The notes below the pieces were generated by a model. That model saw only the letters and a program-made list of their open reading frames with translations. It was not told where the DNA came from and ran no database searches. DNA of 32,000 nt, taken from assembly GCF_000186885.1 (NCBI RefSeq), contig NC_014972.1, positions 3,180,001 to 3,212,000 of the forward strand, in the 5' to 3' direction. The stretch's first letter is position 1, and every line of letters starts with the position of its first letter. The translations under genes and the position numbers were made by a program. This document shows positions 1 to 10,243 of this stretch, piece by piece. The DNA is from Desulfobulbus propionicus DSM 2032. Lineage in GTDB: Bacteria; Desulfobacterota; Desulfobulbia; Desulfobulbales; Desulfobulbaceae.

Positions 1-115
1 TTCCCAGACGCAGATAGCCGCAGCCGCCGAGCACCACACTGCCAGGCACCGAGGTCAGAGTGTCATACGCCTCGGCAAGACTGGAAGCGCGGAGATAGTT
101 GTCGATGCGCAGCAT
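1..115 (-). CDS. 5' end (38 codons, runs off the window) of a putative FAD-binding subunit of a xanthine-dehydrogenase/CO-dehydrogenase-family molybdoenzyme
   Basis: My own minus-strand translation from the ATG at 115-113 gives MLRIDNYLRASSLAEAYDTLTSVPGSVVLGGCGYLRLG. This resembles N-termini of FAD_binding_5 subunits (Y-x-R-x-x-SL-x-EA ... L-AGG). A GGGGAG Shine-Dalgarno (plus 125-130) lies 9 nt upstream. The ORF is too short to appear in the track. Confidence 0.4.
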   Translation of the reverse strand, partial: MLRIDNYLRASSLAEAYDTLTSVPGSVVLGGCGYLRLG

Positions 116-355
116 AGGCGTGTACTCCCCTGTGATGGAGGTTGGCTCAGGTCAGGCCATTGGCGTGCAGCAACCTGTGTTCCCTCAGCAATGTCCGCAG
201 CAGTCGGGTCAGAACCGGCCAGGGCTCACCAGGAGCCTAGAGTATAAAATTTTCGCCCGTAATGTGCAGCAACGATCATCAAGAAGCGAACCACCCGCAC
301 ATTTTGCTCCGAACAGCCGAAGGTTCCATGCTCCATCACGCTTCGCCCCTCACCC

Positions 356-1996
<1,641 letters not shown>

Positions 1997-2126
1997 GGAA
2001 ACTCACAGAAAAGGATACAATGCGGGCCGAGGGCTCAGAGGGCCAGGGACTGGTGAACGCAAAAAAGGGCCGCACCATAGTCGGGATCGAAGGCGGGCGC
2101 AAGGGCCGCGTCTTCCGTTTCCAGCG

Positions 2127-3008
2127 TCAAGACCCGGCAGGAACGGAAAAGCGCAGCCGGTACGAACAGCGGCGGCACAGCGGTTCGACCAGCCATTGAT
2201 GGCCCAACCCTTCGCGCATCCGCACGGCCCGGGGGCTGGCCAGGACCTCGTCCAGGGACTGCGCGAAGATGTTGCCCAGGGCAAGCACGCCCTCGGCGTC
2301 GAGACAGCAGGGCACCACCGTGCCGTCGACCAGGATGGCGAGATGATCGCGCAGGCCGCGACAGTGCCCCAGGCGACCGAGGTCGGGGTCATCGGGACGG
2401 GGCCAGGTGAACGGTTCTTCGGGATTGAGAAAGACCCGGGGTGCCAGTGGAATGCCGCGTTCGCTCCGAAGTGCATCGGCGCGGAGGGGAGGATGACCGA
2501 AAGCAGAGGTCAGCCGCTGTAGCAGCCACGGGTTAACCTTCTTCGCCTGCGCCTCCCCTGTCCCCAGATTCCACAGCCGCAGACTGAGATAGAGGCCGGT
2601 GGTCCGGCTCGCCTCCTGGGCAAAATCGAGGACCCCGGCAAGATGGGCCTCCGCGCTCCTCCGTTCCAGATGCGCCAAGCCGTGGAGGGAAATATTGATC
2701 TGGCGCAGGGCAGGGCTGGCGAGCAGGGTCTGCCGATGACGGGCCAGCAAGGTGCCGTTGGTGGTCAGGTTGACACGAAACCCCTGTTCCTGGCAGAGGG
2801 CGAGCAGGCGGTCAAAATGAGGATGGAGCAACGGTTCGCCGAGTACGTGGAGATAGAGATAACGGGTGGCCCCTGCAAGCCGGTGCAGGACTTCGGCAAA
2901 GGCGGTCACCGCCATGGTCCCCTTGGCACGATCGCTGCGGGCGCAAAACGGGCAGGCCAGATTGCAGCGGTTGGTGATTTCGATGTAGATTTTTTTCAAC
3001 GCGGTCAC
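2127..3008 (-). CDS. Radical SAM enzyme with a C-terminal SPASM/twitch-like Cys cluster
   Basis: 293 aa with a GTG start. Canonical CX3CX2C (NRCNLACPFC) at residues 15-22. The C-terminus carries HC...VPCCLD...LCRRCSY auxiliary-cluster cysteines. Confidence 0.85.
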   Translation of the reverse strand: MTALKKIYIEITNRCNLACPFCARSDRAKGTMAVTAFAEVLHRLAGATRYLYLHVLGEPLLHPHFDRLLALCQEQGFRVNLTTNGTLLARHRQTLLASPALRQINISLHGLAHLERRSAEAHLAGVLDFAQEASRTTGLYLSLRLWNLGTGEAQAKKVNPWLLQRLTSAFGHPPLRADALRSERGIPLAPRVFLNPEEPFTWPRPDDPDLGRLGHCRGLRDHLAILVDGTVVPCCLDAEGVLALGNIFAQSLDEVLASPRAVRMREGLGHQWLVEPLCRRCSYRLRFSVPAGS

Positions 3009-3050
3009 GGAAAAAGGAAAGTCACCACCAGAAATGGCCTCTGTGGTCGC

Positions 3051-4217
3051 TCAGATGAACCGCTGCATCAGGGCATCGCAGATCGGGTCAACGTTTTCCG
3101 GCGTGACCATCCACTGCTCGACATACCGTTGAGCCTGGTCACGCAGGGCGGGATCGAGGCGGTCATCCAACCGCCGGAACAGACCGGTGCGGCGGCCGAT
3201 CTGGTACAGCACCTGTTCCTCCGGGTCCAGGGCGAGGAAGCGGTGGATCACCGCCAGCATCCGCTGCTGGTCATCCGGCAGGACGCCGTCGATCTCCTCG
3301 AACAGGTTGAGGATGTGGTCGCTCCTGATCCGGCTGGTGATGCCGGAGAGTGACTGCAGAAAGAGGAGCAACTCCTCGGCAGTCTCCCGGTCGCCCATCT
3401 TGGCGAACGTGCCGGTTGCCTGCTCGTGGGCCAGTTCCAGGCCCTCGGGCAGGGCCAGGGTACGCAGGCGGATGAAGTCCGGGTTGATCCGGTTCAGGGC
3501 CTCAGCGCTCTCCAGGGCATGCGGGCGAGAGAGCGCCCGCCCGCCGAGACCGGGCATATAGTATTCCGAAAGCTCGATGCCGGCCCCTTTGACCTTGCGG
3601 CCCGCACGCACATGGGTCTCACGGTTCGCGCCCTTGCGGACCCTGGCCAGGACCGCATCGCAGCCGGATTCCAGGCCGATGTGGATGCGGTTGAGCCCGG
3701 CGTCTGCGATGCGTGCCAGGTCGGCATCACGCATACGGGCAATGGTCTGCGAACGGGCGTAGGAGGTGATCCGCTCGATGGCGGGAAAGGCCTCGTTCAG
3801 ATGCGCCAGTATGGCGACCAGATGATCGGGCTTGATGATCAGGCTGTTGGAGTCCTGGAGAAAGACCGACCGGCTGCCGGCCCTCATCCAGTGGCGGGCC
3901 GCGTGCAGGGCCATCTGCTCGCGCCAGTCCGCCCCCCTATCCAAGGAAGGCAGCGCTTGCCCTGTTCGCAGCAACTCGACGAAACGGCGCACCGTGTCGA
4001 TATCGCGCAGCACATGGTCCACCGGCCGCTGGCTGAACGGCTCCCCCTTGTACAGACCGCAGAAGGTGCAGCGGTTCCAGGGACAGTTGCGCGTCACCCG
4101 AAGGAGCAGACTCCCACTCTCGCTGGGCGGCCGGATAGGCCCCTGTTCAAAGCCGAGGTACGGTTCAGGATCTGCATGGTGCAGTTCCCGCAATGGTCCA
4201 TGGTCACAGGCACTCAC
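3051..4217 (-). CDS. Radical SAM family protein of unknown specificity (non-canonical CX4CX2C)
   Basis: 388 aa. Motifs QGPIRPPSESGSLLLRVTRNCPWNRCTFCG (Cys45/50/53), a GGE-like segment (VFLQDSN) and GLESG. The GTG start at 4217 overlaps the trkH stop (GTGA). Confidence 0.8.
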   Translation of the reverse strand: MSACDHGPLRELHHADPEPYLGFEQGPIRPPSESGSLLLRVTRNCPWNRCTFCGLYKGEPFSQRPVDHVLRDIDTVRRFVELLRTGQALPSLDRGADWREQMALHAARHWMRAGSRSVFLQDSNSLIIKPDHLVAILAHLNEAFPAIERITSYARSQTIARMRDADLARIADAGLNRIHIGLESGCDAVLARVRKGANRETHVRAGRKVKGAGIELSEYYMPGLGGRALSRPHALESAEALNRINPDFIRLRTLALPEGLELAHEQATGTFAKMGDRETAEELLLFLQSLSGITSRIRSDHILNLFEEIDGVLPDDQQRMLAVIHRFLALDPEEQVLYQIGRRTGLFRRLDDRLDPALRDQAQRYVEQWMVTPENVDPICDALMQRFI

Positions 4218-5670
4218 CGCCTGAACACCCAGAAATCGGGGTGGAGCATGGCGAGAAAGGGAATCAGCTCAAGCCGGCCCACCACCATGTCGACGATAAA
4301 GATAAGCTTGGTCAGATCGGTGAGGTTCCCGAAGGTGCCCATCGGGCCAATGGCGCCATACCCTGGGCCGATATTGCCGATGGTCGCCGCCGTGCCGACG
4401 ATACCGACGGCCGCATCGCCCTCGATGATGCTCACCAGCAGCGAGGAGAGGGTCATCAAGAAGATATAAAAGAGGAGAAAGCCGAGGATTTGGCGCTGGA
4501 TATCGTCAGGCACGGTCACCCGGTCGATCTTGATCGGCAGCACCGCCTTGGGGTGCACGACCTGGGCGATCTCCCGTTTGAGGTATTTGAGCCCGAACAG
4601 GACCCGCACCACCTTGACGCCGCCGCCCGCCGAACCGGCGCAGCCGCCGATCAGCATCACGGTAAAGAGAATGGTCTGTGCCGGGACGGCCCAAAGTCCG
4701 AAATCCACCGAGGCAAAGCCGGTGGTGGTGATGATCGAGGCAATCTGGAAAAAACCGTCGCGCAGCCCGTCGTTGAAGGTGGCCGTGCCGCTGACCACCA
4801 GGGCCGCACAGAGCAGCAGCGACATCAGCACCACGATGGTCGCGTACAGGCGAAACTCCTCGTTGTGCAGCAATGCGCGGATTTTTCCCTGAAACAGTAC
4901 CCGGTACTGGAGGGCGAAGTTGCCGCCTGCAAGAAACATGAACAGGGTGATGATCCAGGTGGCGCTGGCGCTCTGGTAGCCCATGATCGACTGGGGATGG
5001 GGAGAAAAACCGCCGGCCGCCAGGGTGGAGAAAGCGTTGCAGACCGCGTCGAACAGGGGCATGCCGGCAACGCGGAGCAGGATGACCTCAAGCACGGTCA
5101 GGAGGATATAGACCAGCCACAGGGCCTTGGCCGTATGGGTGATGCGCGGAGTGACTTTCTCCTCGGTGGGACCGGGGGCCTCGGCAAAGAACATCTGTCG
5201 CCCGGCCACAGCGAACTGGGGCAGGACGGCGACAAAAAGCACGATGATCCCCATGCCGCCCAGCCACTGACTGAGGCTGCGCCAGAAAAAGAAAGTTTTG
5301 GGATAGGGCGCGAAATCCTTGAGGATCGTGGCCCCGGTGGTGGTGAAGCCGGAGATCGATTCGAAGTAGGCGTCGATCGGCCCCAGGTCATAGAACAGAT
5401 AGGGAATGCCGCCAATGGCTCCGGTGACCACCCAGGCCAGGGACACGATCAGCATTCCCTCGCTGCGTCTCAGTTCATCGAAATCGCGGGAAAACCCCCC
5501 CGCCATTGCAAAATCAGCCCCAAGGCCACGCTGACCCCGCAGGCCACGACAAAGGGAAGGATGGAACCGTATTCCCTCGCCAGCAGGGCCACGCTGATCG
5601 GGGTCAGCATGATGATGCCCAGGGCCACGAGGATGATGCCCAGGGGATTGAAAATCGACGCCAGTTTCAT
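4214..5670 (-). pseudogene. trkH: TrkH K+ uptake membrane subunit, split by a -1 frameshift in a G7 (minus) / C7 (plus) run at 5495-5501
   Basis: The 66-aa ORF (5470-5670) is a TrkH N-terminus (first TM helices). The 430-aa ORF (4214-5506) is the rest (SGFTTTGAT, GGCAGSAGGGVKV, NIGPG selectivity-like loops). Adding one G gives ...QWRGGFSRDFDELRRSEG... and a 485-aa product, which is normal TrkH length. Confidence 0.85.
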
Positions 5671-7004
5671 CGGGTGAAGACCGCCTTGATGGCCTCTGCG
5701 TCCTTGGCCATGGTGAAGATGATCAGCTGATCATCCGGCTGCAACGGGGTGTCGCCGTGGGGAAAGATGACGTTGCGTCCCCGCTTGACCACGCCGATGA
5801 TTGCCCGCGCCGGCAGTTTAAAATCCCGCACCAGGGTTTCGGGAAAGGTTTCCGGCAGGGTCAGCCGCAGCACCTCGCCCTGCCCTCCCTCCACCAGGGC
5901 AAGAATATTGACGTCCTTGGCCTGCAGGCGGTTGAGCAGCTCCTTGAGGGCCGAATCCCGAGGCGAAACCACGACGTCGATGCCCACTCGCTCGAACAGG
6001 GTCGAGTTGCGCACATTACTCACCCGGGTGATGATGCGCTCGCAGCCCAATTGTTTCACCAACAGGGAACAGAGCAGGTTCTTCTCGTCGTTGTTGGTGA
6101 CGCAGACCGTCACGTCGCTGTCGCCGATCGATTCGCCTTCCAGCAGTTCCAGGTCGGTCCCGTCACCCTGGAGGATCAGGCTGTCCTTGAGGTTATCGGC
6201 CAAAAAGATGCAACGGGCCCGATCGTGCTCGATCAGCTTGACCCGGATCCCGGCCTGTTCGAGCTTCTGTGCCAGCATGAAGCCAACGCTGCCGCCGCCA
6301 ATCACGGAAGCCGTCTTGATCTTGCTGACATTCTGGAAGAACTGGGCCGCGAGCGTGTCCAGGGCCGGCCCAGTGCCCATGAAGACCACCTTGTCGTCGG
6401 TTTGGATGGTGGTCGAGCCATTGGGAATAAACAGGCTGTTGTTCCTGGTGATACCGACGATCAGCACATTCTGCGGGAAGGAGCAGTCCATGATCCGTGA
6501 ACCGCGGATAATGGACTGTTCCTTGATGCGGTATTCAAACAGCTTGGCCTTGCCGCGGACAAAATACTCGACATCGATGGCATCGGGGACCATGATGATG
6601 CGGAAGATGTCCTGGGTCAGCAGCTGTTCGGGCCAGATGATGGTGTCGATGTCGTACCGGCTCTGATAGCGGTTCTGGGAGAGCGAGGCCAGGTTGCGAT
6701 AGAGCTCCATCCGGCGAATGAAACAGATGGTTTCCGCCTCGGTGATCTTCTTGGCGGTCCAGCAGGCGACGATATTGGCTTCATCGATCAGGGAGCAGGC
6801 GATGAACAGTTCGGCCTTGGCGGCGTTGGCCCGTTCCAGGACCAGAACATCGGCGCCGTTGCCGGCCACGAAACTGATGTCCAGGTTGCTGAATTTTTCC
6901 GGCAGCCGATCCAGATCGTCGACAATGACGATATTGTGCTTACGGTACAGCTGAGAAGCGACCATGTAACCGGTTTCGGTCGCGCCGTAGATAAGGATGT
7001 TCAT
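5667..7004 (-). CDS. trkA: TrkA, tandem RCK (NAD-binding) K+ transport regulator
   Basis: I chose the internal ATG at 7004 (MNILIYGATETGYMV...), giving 445 aa. There are two RCK_N/RCK_C halves. The second has a canonical GGGSVG; the first has a degenerate GATETG. The stop overlaps the trkH start (ATGA at 5667-5670). The upstream 89 codons in the track ORF look non-coding. Confidence 0.85.
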   Translation of the reverse strand: MNILIYGATETGYMVASQLYRKHNIVIVDDLDRLPEKFSNLDISFVAGNGADVLVLERANAAKAELFIACSLIDEANIVACWTAKKITEAETICFIRRMELYRNLASLSQNRYQSRYDIDTIIWPEQLLTQDIFRIIMVPDAIDVEYFVRGKAKLFEYRIKEQSIIRGSRIMDCSFPQNVLIVGITRNNSLFIPNGSTTIQTDDKVVFMGTGPALDTLAAQFFQNVSKIKTASVIGGGSVGFMLAQKLEQAGIRVKLIEHDRARCIFLADNLKDSLILQGDGTDLELLEGESIGDSDVTVCVTNNDEKNLLCSLLVKQLGCERIITRVSNVRNSTLFERVGIDVVVSPRDSALKELLNRLQAKDVNILALVEGGQGEVLRLTLPETFPETLVRDFKLPARAIIGVVKRGRNVIFPHGDTPLQPDDQLIIFTMAKDAEAIKAVFTR

Positions 7005-7315
7005 GCAGTCCCTCGTAACAAGGCAACGAAAACGGATTCGCCCGTTGCTGTGGTGGCGCCCTGCCGCCGACAGCGTTTTCGGCGCCACCGCGCCAGCACC
7101 CGTTGGCAAACCGTCCCGTGGCCATGCTTGGGCATACCCCGGGCGCGGAACACAATACTCGACCGGCTGAAAAATACTCACAATCGGAATATTTGTACAG
7201 TGCTTGCCCGTATGCGCAGGAAAATACCGCACCGCGCACCACCGGCCGGGAGGCCGCCCGATTTTGCGCAATCGGCCCTTGGCGGACCGGAGGGGAATCT
7301 GCTATAGAAAAAGCT

Positions 7316-7843
7316 ATGGAACCTTTCATTCGACACGAAGCCGCCGTGGCCACCATCATCACCCGTGACGCGTCCCCGGAGGTCCTGGTCCTCAAACGCC
7401 GGGCCAACCCCAGGGATCCTTGGTCGGGACATTACGCCTTTCCGGGCGGGCGCAGGGACGAGGCCGACCCCTCTCTGTTGGCCACCTGCATCCGTGAGAC
7501 CTATGAGGAATGCGGCATCCAGCTCTCCACCGAGCACCTGATCAAGAAGTACCCCGTCCGCCAGGCGGGCAACCACCTCAATCAGCCAATCCCCGTGACC
7601 ACCTATCTGTTCGAGCTGCCTGAACCGCCGGTTATCCGGCTGCAACGATCGGAAATCAGCTGTCATGAATGGCTTGACCTCGACTATGTCGCCGATGAAT
7701 CAAACATCATCAAGCGACCCATGAGCCCGCGCTGTCCGGATGTGCTCTTTCCCTGCATCCCTGCCAGCGAGGGTTTTGTCTGGGGATTCACCTACGAGAT
7801 GCTGATGGTGGTGATCGCCGACCGTTACGCCCACATTTCCTGA
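7316..7843 (+). CDS. NUDIX hydrolase (CoA-pyrophosphatase-like context upstream of the Nudix box)
   Basis: Nudix box GGRRDEADPSLLATCIRETYEECGI (GX5EX7REUXEEXGU), preceded by LVLKRRANPRDPWSGHYAFPGG. I chose the start at ATG 7316 (MEPFIRHEAAV...), giving 175 aa. Confidence 0.8.
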   Translation: MEPFIRHEAAVATIITRDASPEVLVLKRRANPRDPWSGHYAFPGGRRDEADPSLLATCIRETYEECGIQLSTEHLIKKYPVRQAGNHLNQPIPVTTYLFELPEPPVIRLQRSEISCHEWLDLDYVADESNIIKRPMSPRCPDVLFPCIPASEGFVWGFTYEMLMVVIADRYAHIS

Positions 7844-7888
7844 AAAATATCTCTATTGCACACAGTTAAGGTAACGGTCAAAGAGCGC

Positions 7889-7917
7889 TTGACTTTTCAG
7901 CCGCTGACTTGTATCAA
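7889..7917 (+). promoter_or_regulatory. Candidate sigma70-type promoter (TTGACT-N17-TATCAA) far upstream of mdh
   Basis: Hexamers read directly at 7889-7894 and 7912-7917 with a 17-nt spacer. This would give a roughly 290-nt leader, so the assignment is weak. Confidence 0.25.
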
Positions 7918-8209
7918 TAACGGCGGATTTGAAAGGGGACTTGTCTCTTTGGTGGGAGGACCTAAGAATTCTTCGTTTTTCTTCCGTCTCCCGGAGTCGT
8001 GTTTGTCCCGCGACACGCTTCCCGCCCGGTTTCGCGCAGACCATTTCCGCAACACTCCCGCGCTTCAATTCCATCGACAGACATGCTTCACAAAAGGTAC
8101 ACAGCTTCTTGATCGACTTTCCCGTACGGGAAAACGCATGACAACGTTACGGTAGATTGCCAAATTTTTTGGTCTACTAATTGTTCGGTTCAACCACAAG
8201 GAGAAACAA

Positions 8210-9190
8210 ATGAAAGCACCAGTACGTGTAGCAGTAACCGGAGCTGCCGGCCAAATCAGCTATTCCCTCATCTTCCGCATCGCCAGCGGCAGCATGCTCG
8301 GACCTGATCAGCCTGTTATCCTGCAGCTTCTGGAGATCCCCCCGGCAATGGGCGCCCTTCAGGGCGTGTTGATGGAACTCAACGACTGCGCCTTCCCGCT
8401 GGTTGCGGGCGTCATCGCCACCGACGACCCCAACGTGGCCTTCAAGGACATCGACTTCGCCCTGCTGGTCGGTTCCCGTCCCCGTGGTCCGGGCATGGAA
8501 CGCTCCGATCTGCTCAACGCCAACGGCGCCATCTTCACCGTTCAGGGCAAGGCACTGAGCGACAACGCCAAACCCAACGTCAGAGTTCTGGTTGTCGGTA
8601 ACCCCGCCAACACCAACGCATTGATCTGCCTGAAAAATGCGCCGAAACTCAACCCGCGCAACGTCACCGCCATGATGCGTTTGGACCACAACCGGGCCAT
8701 GTCGCAGATCGCTGAAAAAACCGGCACCCACTCCACCAAGGTCGAGAAAGTCGTTGTCTGGGGTAACCATTCCTCCACCCAGTATCCGGACATCAGCTAC
8801 GCCACCGCCGACGGCAAAGCAGTCAAATCGCTGGTCACTGACGAGTGGAACAAGAACGAGTTCATCCCCACCGTTCAGCAGCGCGGTGCAGCCATCATCA
8901 AGGCCCGTGGCGCTTCCTCCGCCGCTTCCGCCGCTTCCGCCGCTGTTGATCACATGCGCAACTGGGCCTTGGGCAGCAACGGTCAGTGGGTCAGCATGGG
9001 CGTGTACAGCAAGGGGAATCCCTACGGTGTTGATCAGGATCTGATCTTCGCGTTCCCGATCACCTGCGAAAACGGCGAGTGGAAAATCGTCGAAGGTCTG
9101 GAGATCAGCGACTACAGCCGCGAAATGATCAAAAAGACCGAAGCCGAACTGCAGAGCGAAAGAGCCGCCGTGGCTGACCACATCAAGTAA
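8210..9190 (+). CDS. mdh: Malate dehydrogenase (NAD-dependent, cytoplasmic/Thermus-type LDH-like MDH)
   Basis: 326 aa. Motifs [14 protein letters not shown] (Rossmann), [45 protein letters not shown] and [11 protein letters not shown]. An AAGGAGA RBS lies 6 nt upstream. Confidence 0.95.
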   Translation: MKAPVRVAVTGAAGQISYSLIFRIASGSMLGPDQPVILQLLEIPPAMGALQGVLMELNDCAFPLVAGVIATDDPNVAFKDIDFALLVGSRPRGPGMERSDLLNANGAIFTVQGKALSDNAKPNVRVLVVGNPANTNALICLKNAPKLNPRNVTAMMRLDHNRAMSQIAEKTGTHSTKVEKVVVWGNHSSTQYPDISYATADGKAVKSLVTDEWNKNEFIPTVQQRGAAIIKARGASSAASAASAAVDHMRNWALGSNGQWVSMGVYSKGNPYGVDQDLIFAFPITCENGEWKIVEGLEISDYSREMIKKTEAELQSERAAVADHIK

Positions 9191-9220
9191 GGCGATCTTT
9201 TTTATTCCGCGATTCCCGAA

Positions 9221-9250
9221 GGGGGTGCTCGATGAGCACCCCCTTTTTTT
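9221..9250 (+). terminator. Rho-independent terminator of mdh
   Basis: GGGGGTGCTC (9221-9230) pairs with GAGCACCCCC (9234-9243) across a 3-nt loop, followed by T7 (9244-9250). Confidence 0.85.
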
Positions 9251-9328
9251 ATCTGTTCGCCTGTCTTGACAAAATCGCTCGATGACCGCTACGCTCAAGC
9301 AATATCGTCTTTTACCAGGAGCGAATCG

Positions 9329-10243
9329 GTGTCCACTCTTTCAGCCGCACCTCTCAGAGAACTGATCTCGACCGGCCGCATTGTTGAGGCCAGAACCCTG
9401 CTCACCATGGAGCAAACGCTCCTGGACCAGGAGGAATACAGGGCATTGGAACAGGAATTGGATCGGCAATGGCAGGCGGCCAAGGAGCTGGTGACCCAAG
9501 CCGAAACCATGGAGGCCCAGGGGAGGACGGAAGAGGCCAAGTCCCTCTACGAATCCGTATTATCCCAACTCACTGATTATCCAGGCATCCAGGAGCATAT
9601 CAAGCGGATGGACGAGGCCCTTGCCCTGACCAGGGCTGTCCAGCGCCGCAGCCAACGCCGGCGCGAATCCACTGACGATGCCAGGTCGGCTCGCAGACGA
9701 CTGCTTCCCGCACTTCTGGGAACGGGCCTGGCAGGTGCTGCGGCGTTCCTCTTCCTGCTCTTCTTCCGCCCCGCACCGCAGCACTCCCCGCCAGCGCATT
9801 CGCTGCCGGTCACCCAGGAGCCGCCGGTATCGACCGGCACTCTCGAACCGGCGCCCATCGCCACGGTACCCGTCCCCCCCCCTGCACCAGAGGAGGTCAC
9901 GGTACAGCCCTCCGCACCGCCGCCGCCAGTGGTCAACGAACCGGCCACCGCTTCCGATCCGGCAACACAGCCTCCGCCCAGCCCCGAACTGACCGAGCAG
10001 CCACCCGAGCCTTCCGAACCGATAGCCCAAGATCGATACATCGTTCAACCCGGTGATTCGTTGAGCTCGATTGCAACACGGCAGTTTTGCGACCAAGGCG
10101 CATGGAAGACCCTCTACCGCCTCAACAAACACCTCGTCTCCGACCCAAAAAAATTACGTCCAGGCATGGAATTAAGCCTGGCAGGCATGAAAAGCCGCTG
10201 CCCGGATGTGTTGAAGACCGCCCCGTCAGAACCGCCGCGCTAG
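9329..10243 (+). CDS. Bitopic membrane protein: helical cytoplasmic N-domain, one TM helix, Pro-rich linker, C-terminal LysM domain
   Basis: LysM motif YIVQPGDSLSSIATRQF...WKTLYRLNKHLVSDPKKLRPGMELSL. TM segment LLPALLGTGLAGAAAFLFLLFF. Pro-rich region residues about 170-245. I prefer the GTG at 9329 (AGGAG at 9317-9321). The track start at 9266 is a TTG that coincides with a TTGACA -35-like hexamer directly after the mdh terminator. Confidence 0.75.
   Translation: MSTLSAAPLRELISTGRIVEARTLLTMEQTLLDQEEYRALEQELDRQWQAAKELVTQAETMEAQGRTEEAKSLYESVLSQLTDYPGIQEHIKRMDEALALTRAVQRRSQRRRESTDDARSARRRLLPALLGTGLAGAAAFLFLLFFRPAPQHSPPAHSLPVTQEPPVSTGTLEPAPIATVPVPPPAPEEVTVQPSAPPPPVVNEPATASDPATQPPPSPELTEQPPEPSEPIAQDRYIVQPGDSLSSIATRQFCDQGAWKTLYRLNKHLVSDPKKLRPGMELSLAGMKSRCPDVLKTAPSEPPR

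Noticed and set aside
1997-3050. Small RiPP precursor-like ORF next to the radical-SAM pair
   Set aside because: The 42-nt and 130-nt gaps are too short or lack a start-plus-RBS ORF. The only long ORF there (1590-2102) overlaps ABC-F out of frame and looks spurious.
5470-5670. 66-aa ORF considered as an independent small membrane protein
   Set aside because: Its sequence is the N-terminal TM region of TrkH and joins the 430-aa ORF when one G is added to the homopolymer. I treated it as part of a frameshifted trkH.
4193-5677. 494-aa ORF antisense to trkH
   Set aside because: It is a shadow ORF of the TrkH coding region. The His/Asp/Gly-rich translation has no domain signature.
7005-7260. c-di-AMP (ydaO/kimA) riboswitch in the trkA leader
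   Set aside because: Only two short fragments resemble the consensus. The conserved 3' half (ACCCGAACCCG...CAGCUAACCUCGUAAGCG-like) is absent as far as I can read. I kept it only as a structured-leader observation that needs an Rfam scan.
7005-7271. N-terminal extensions of track ORFs: trkA 534 aa, NUDIX from 7103, RluA from 11169, Cys-rich ORF from 11852, secreted protein from 13398, OMP from 20334, aspS from 27476
   Set aside because: In each case the family-typical N-terminus begins at an internal start codon with an RBS, a signal peptide or translational coupling. The upstream parts are Arg/Pro-rich, overlap neighbouring genes or IS ends, or begin at non-ATG codons.
7853-8155. Small ORFs (73, 70 and 99 aa) in the NUDIX-mdh intergenic region
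   Set aside because: They have no RBS, their composition is odd and they overlap one another. The region is better treated as non-coding regulatory or leader sequence.
8181-8200. tRNA-like T-loop sequence GGTTCAACC upstream of mdh
   Set aside because: No acceptor, D or anticodon stems can be drawn around it. It lies next to the mdh RBS.
8918-8944. Perfect tandem repeat (TCCGCCGCT)x3 inside mdh
   Set aside because: It encodes SAASAASAA, which corresponds to the conserved MDH segment (SSAASAA-x-AA). It is explained by protein conservation plus codon bias rather than by a repeat element.
8177-9298. 373-aa ORF antisense to mdh
   Set aside because: It fully overlaps a textbook malate dehydrogenase on the other strand. 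Its Gly/Val/Asp-rich, low-complexity translation is typical of antisense frames in high-GC DNA, and it has no recognisable motif.
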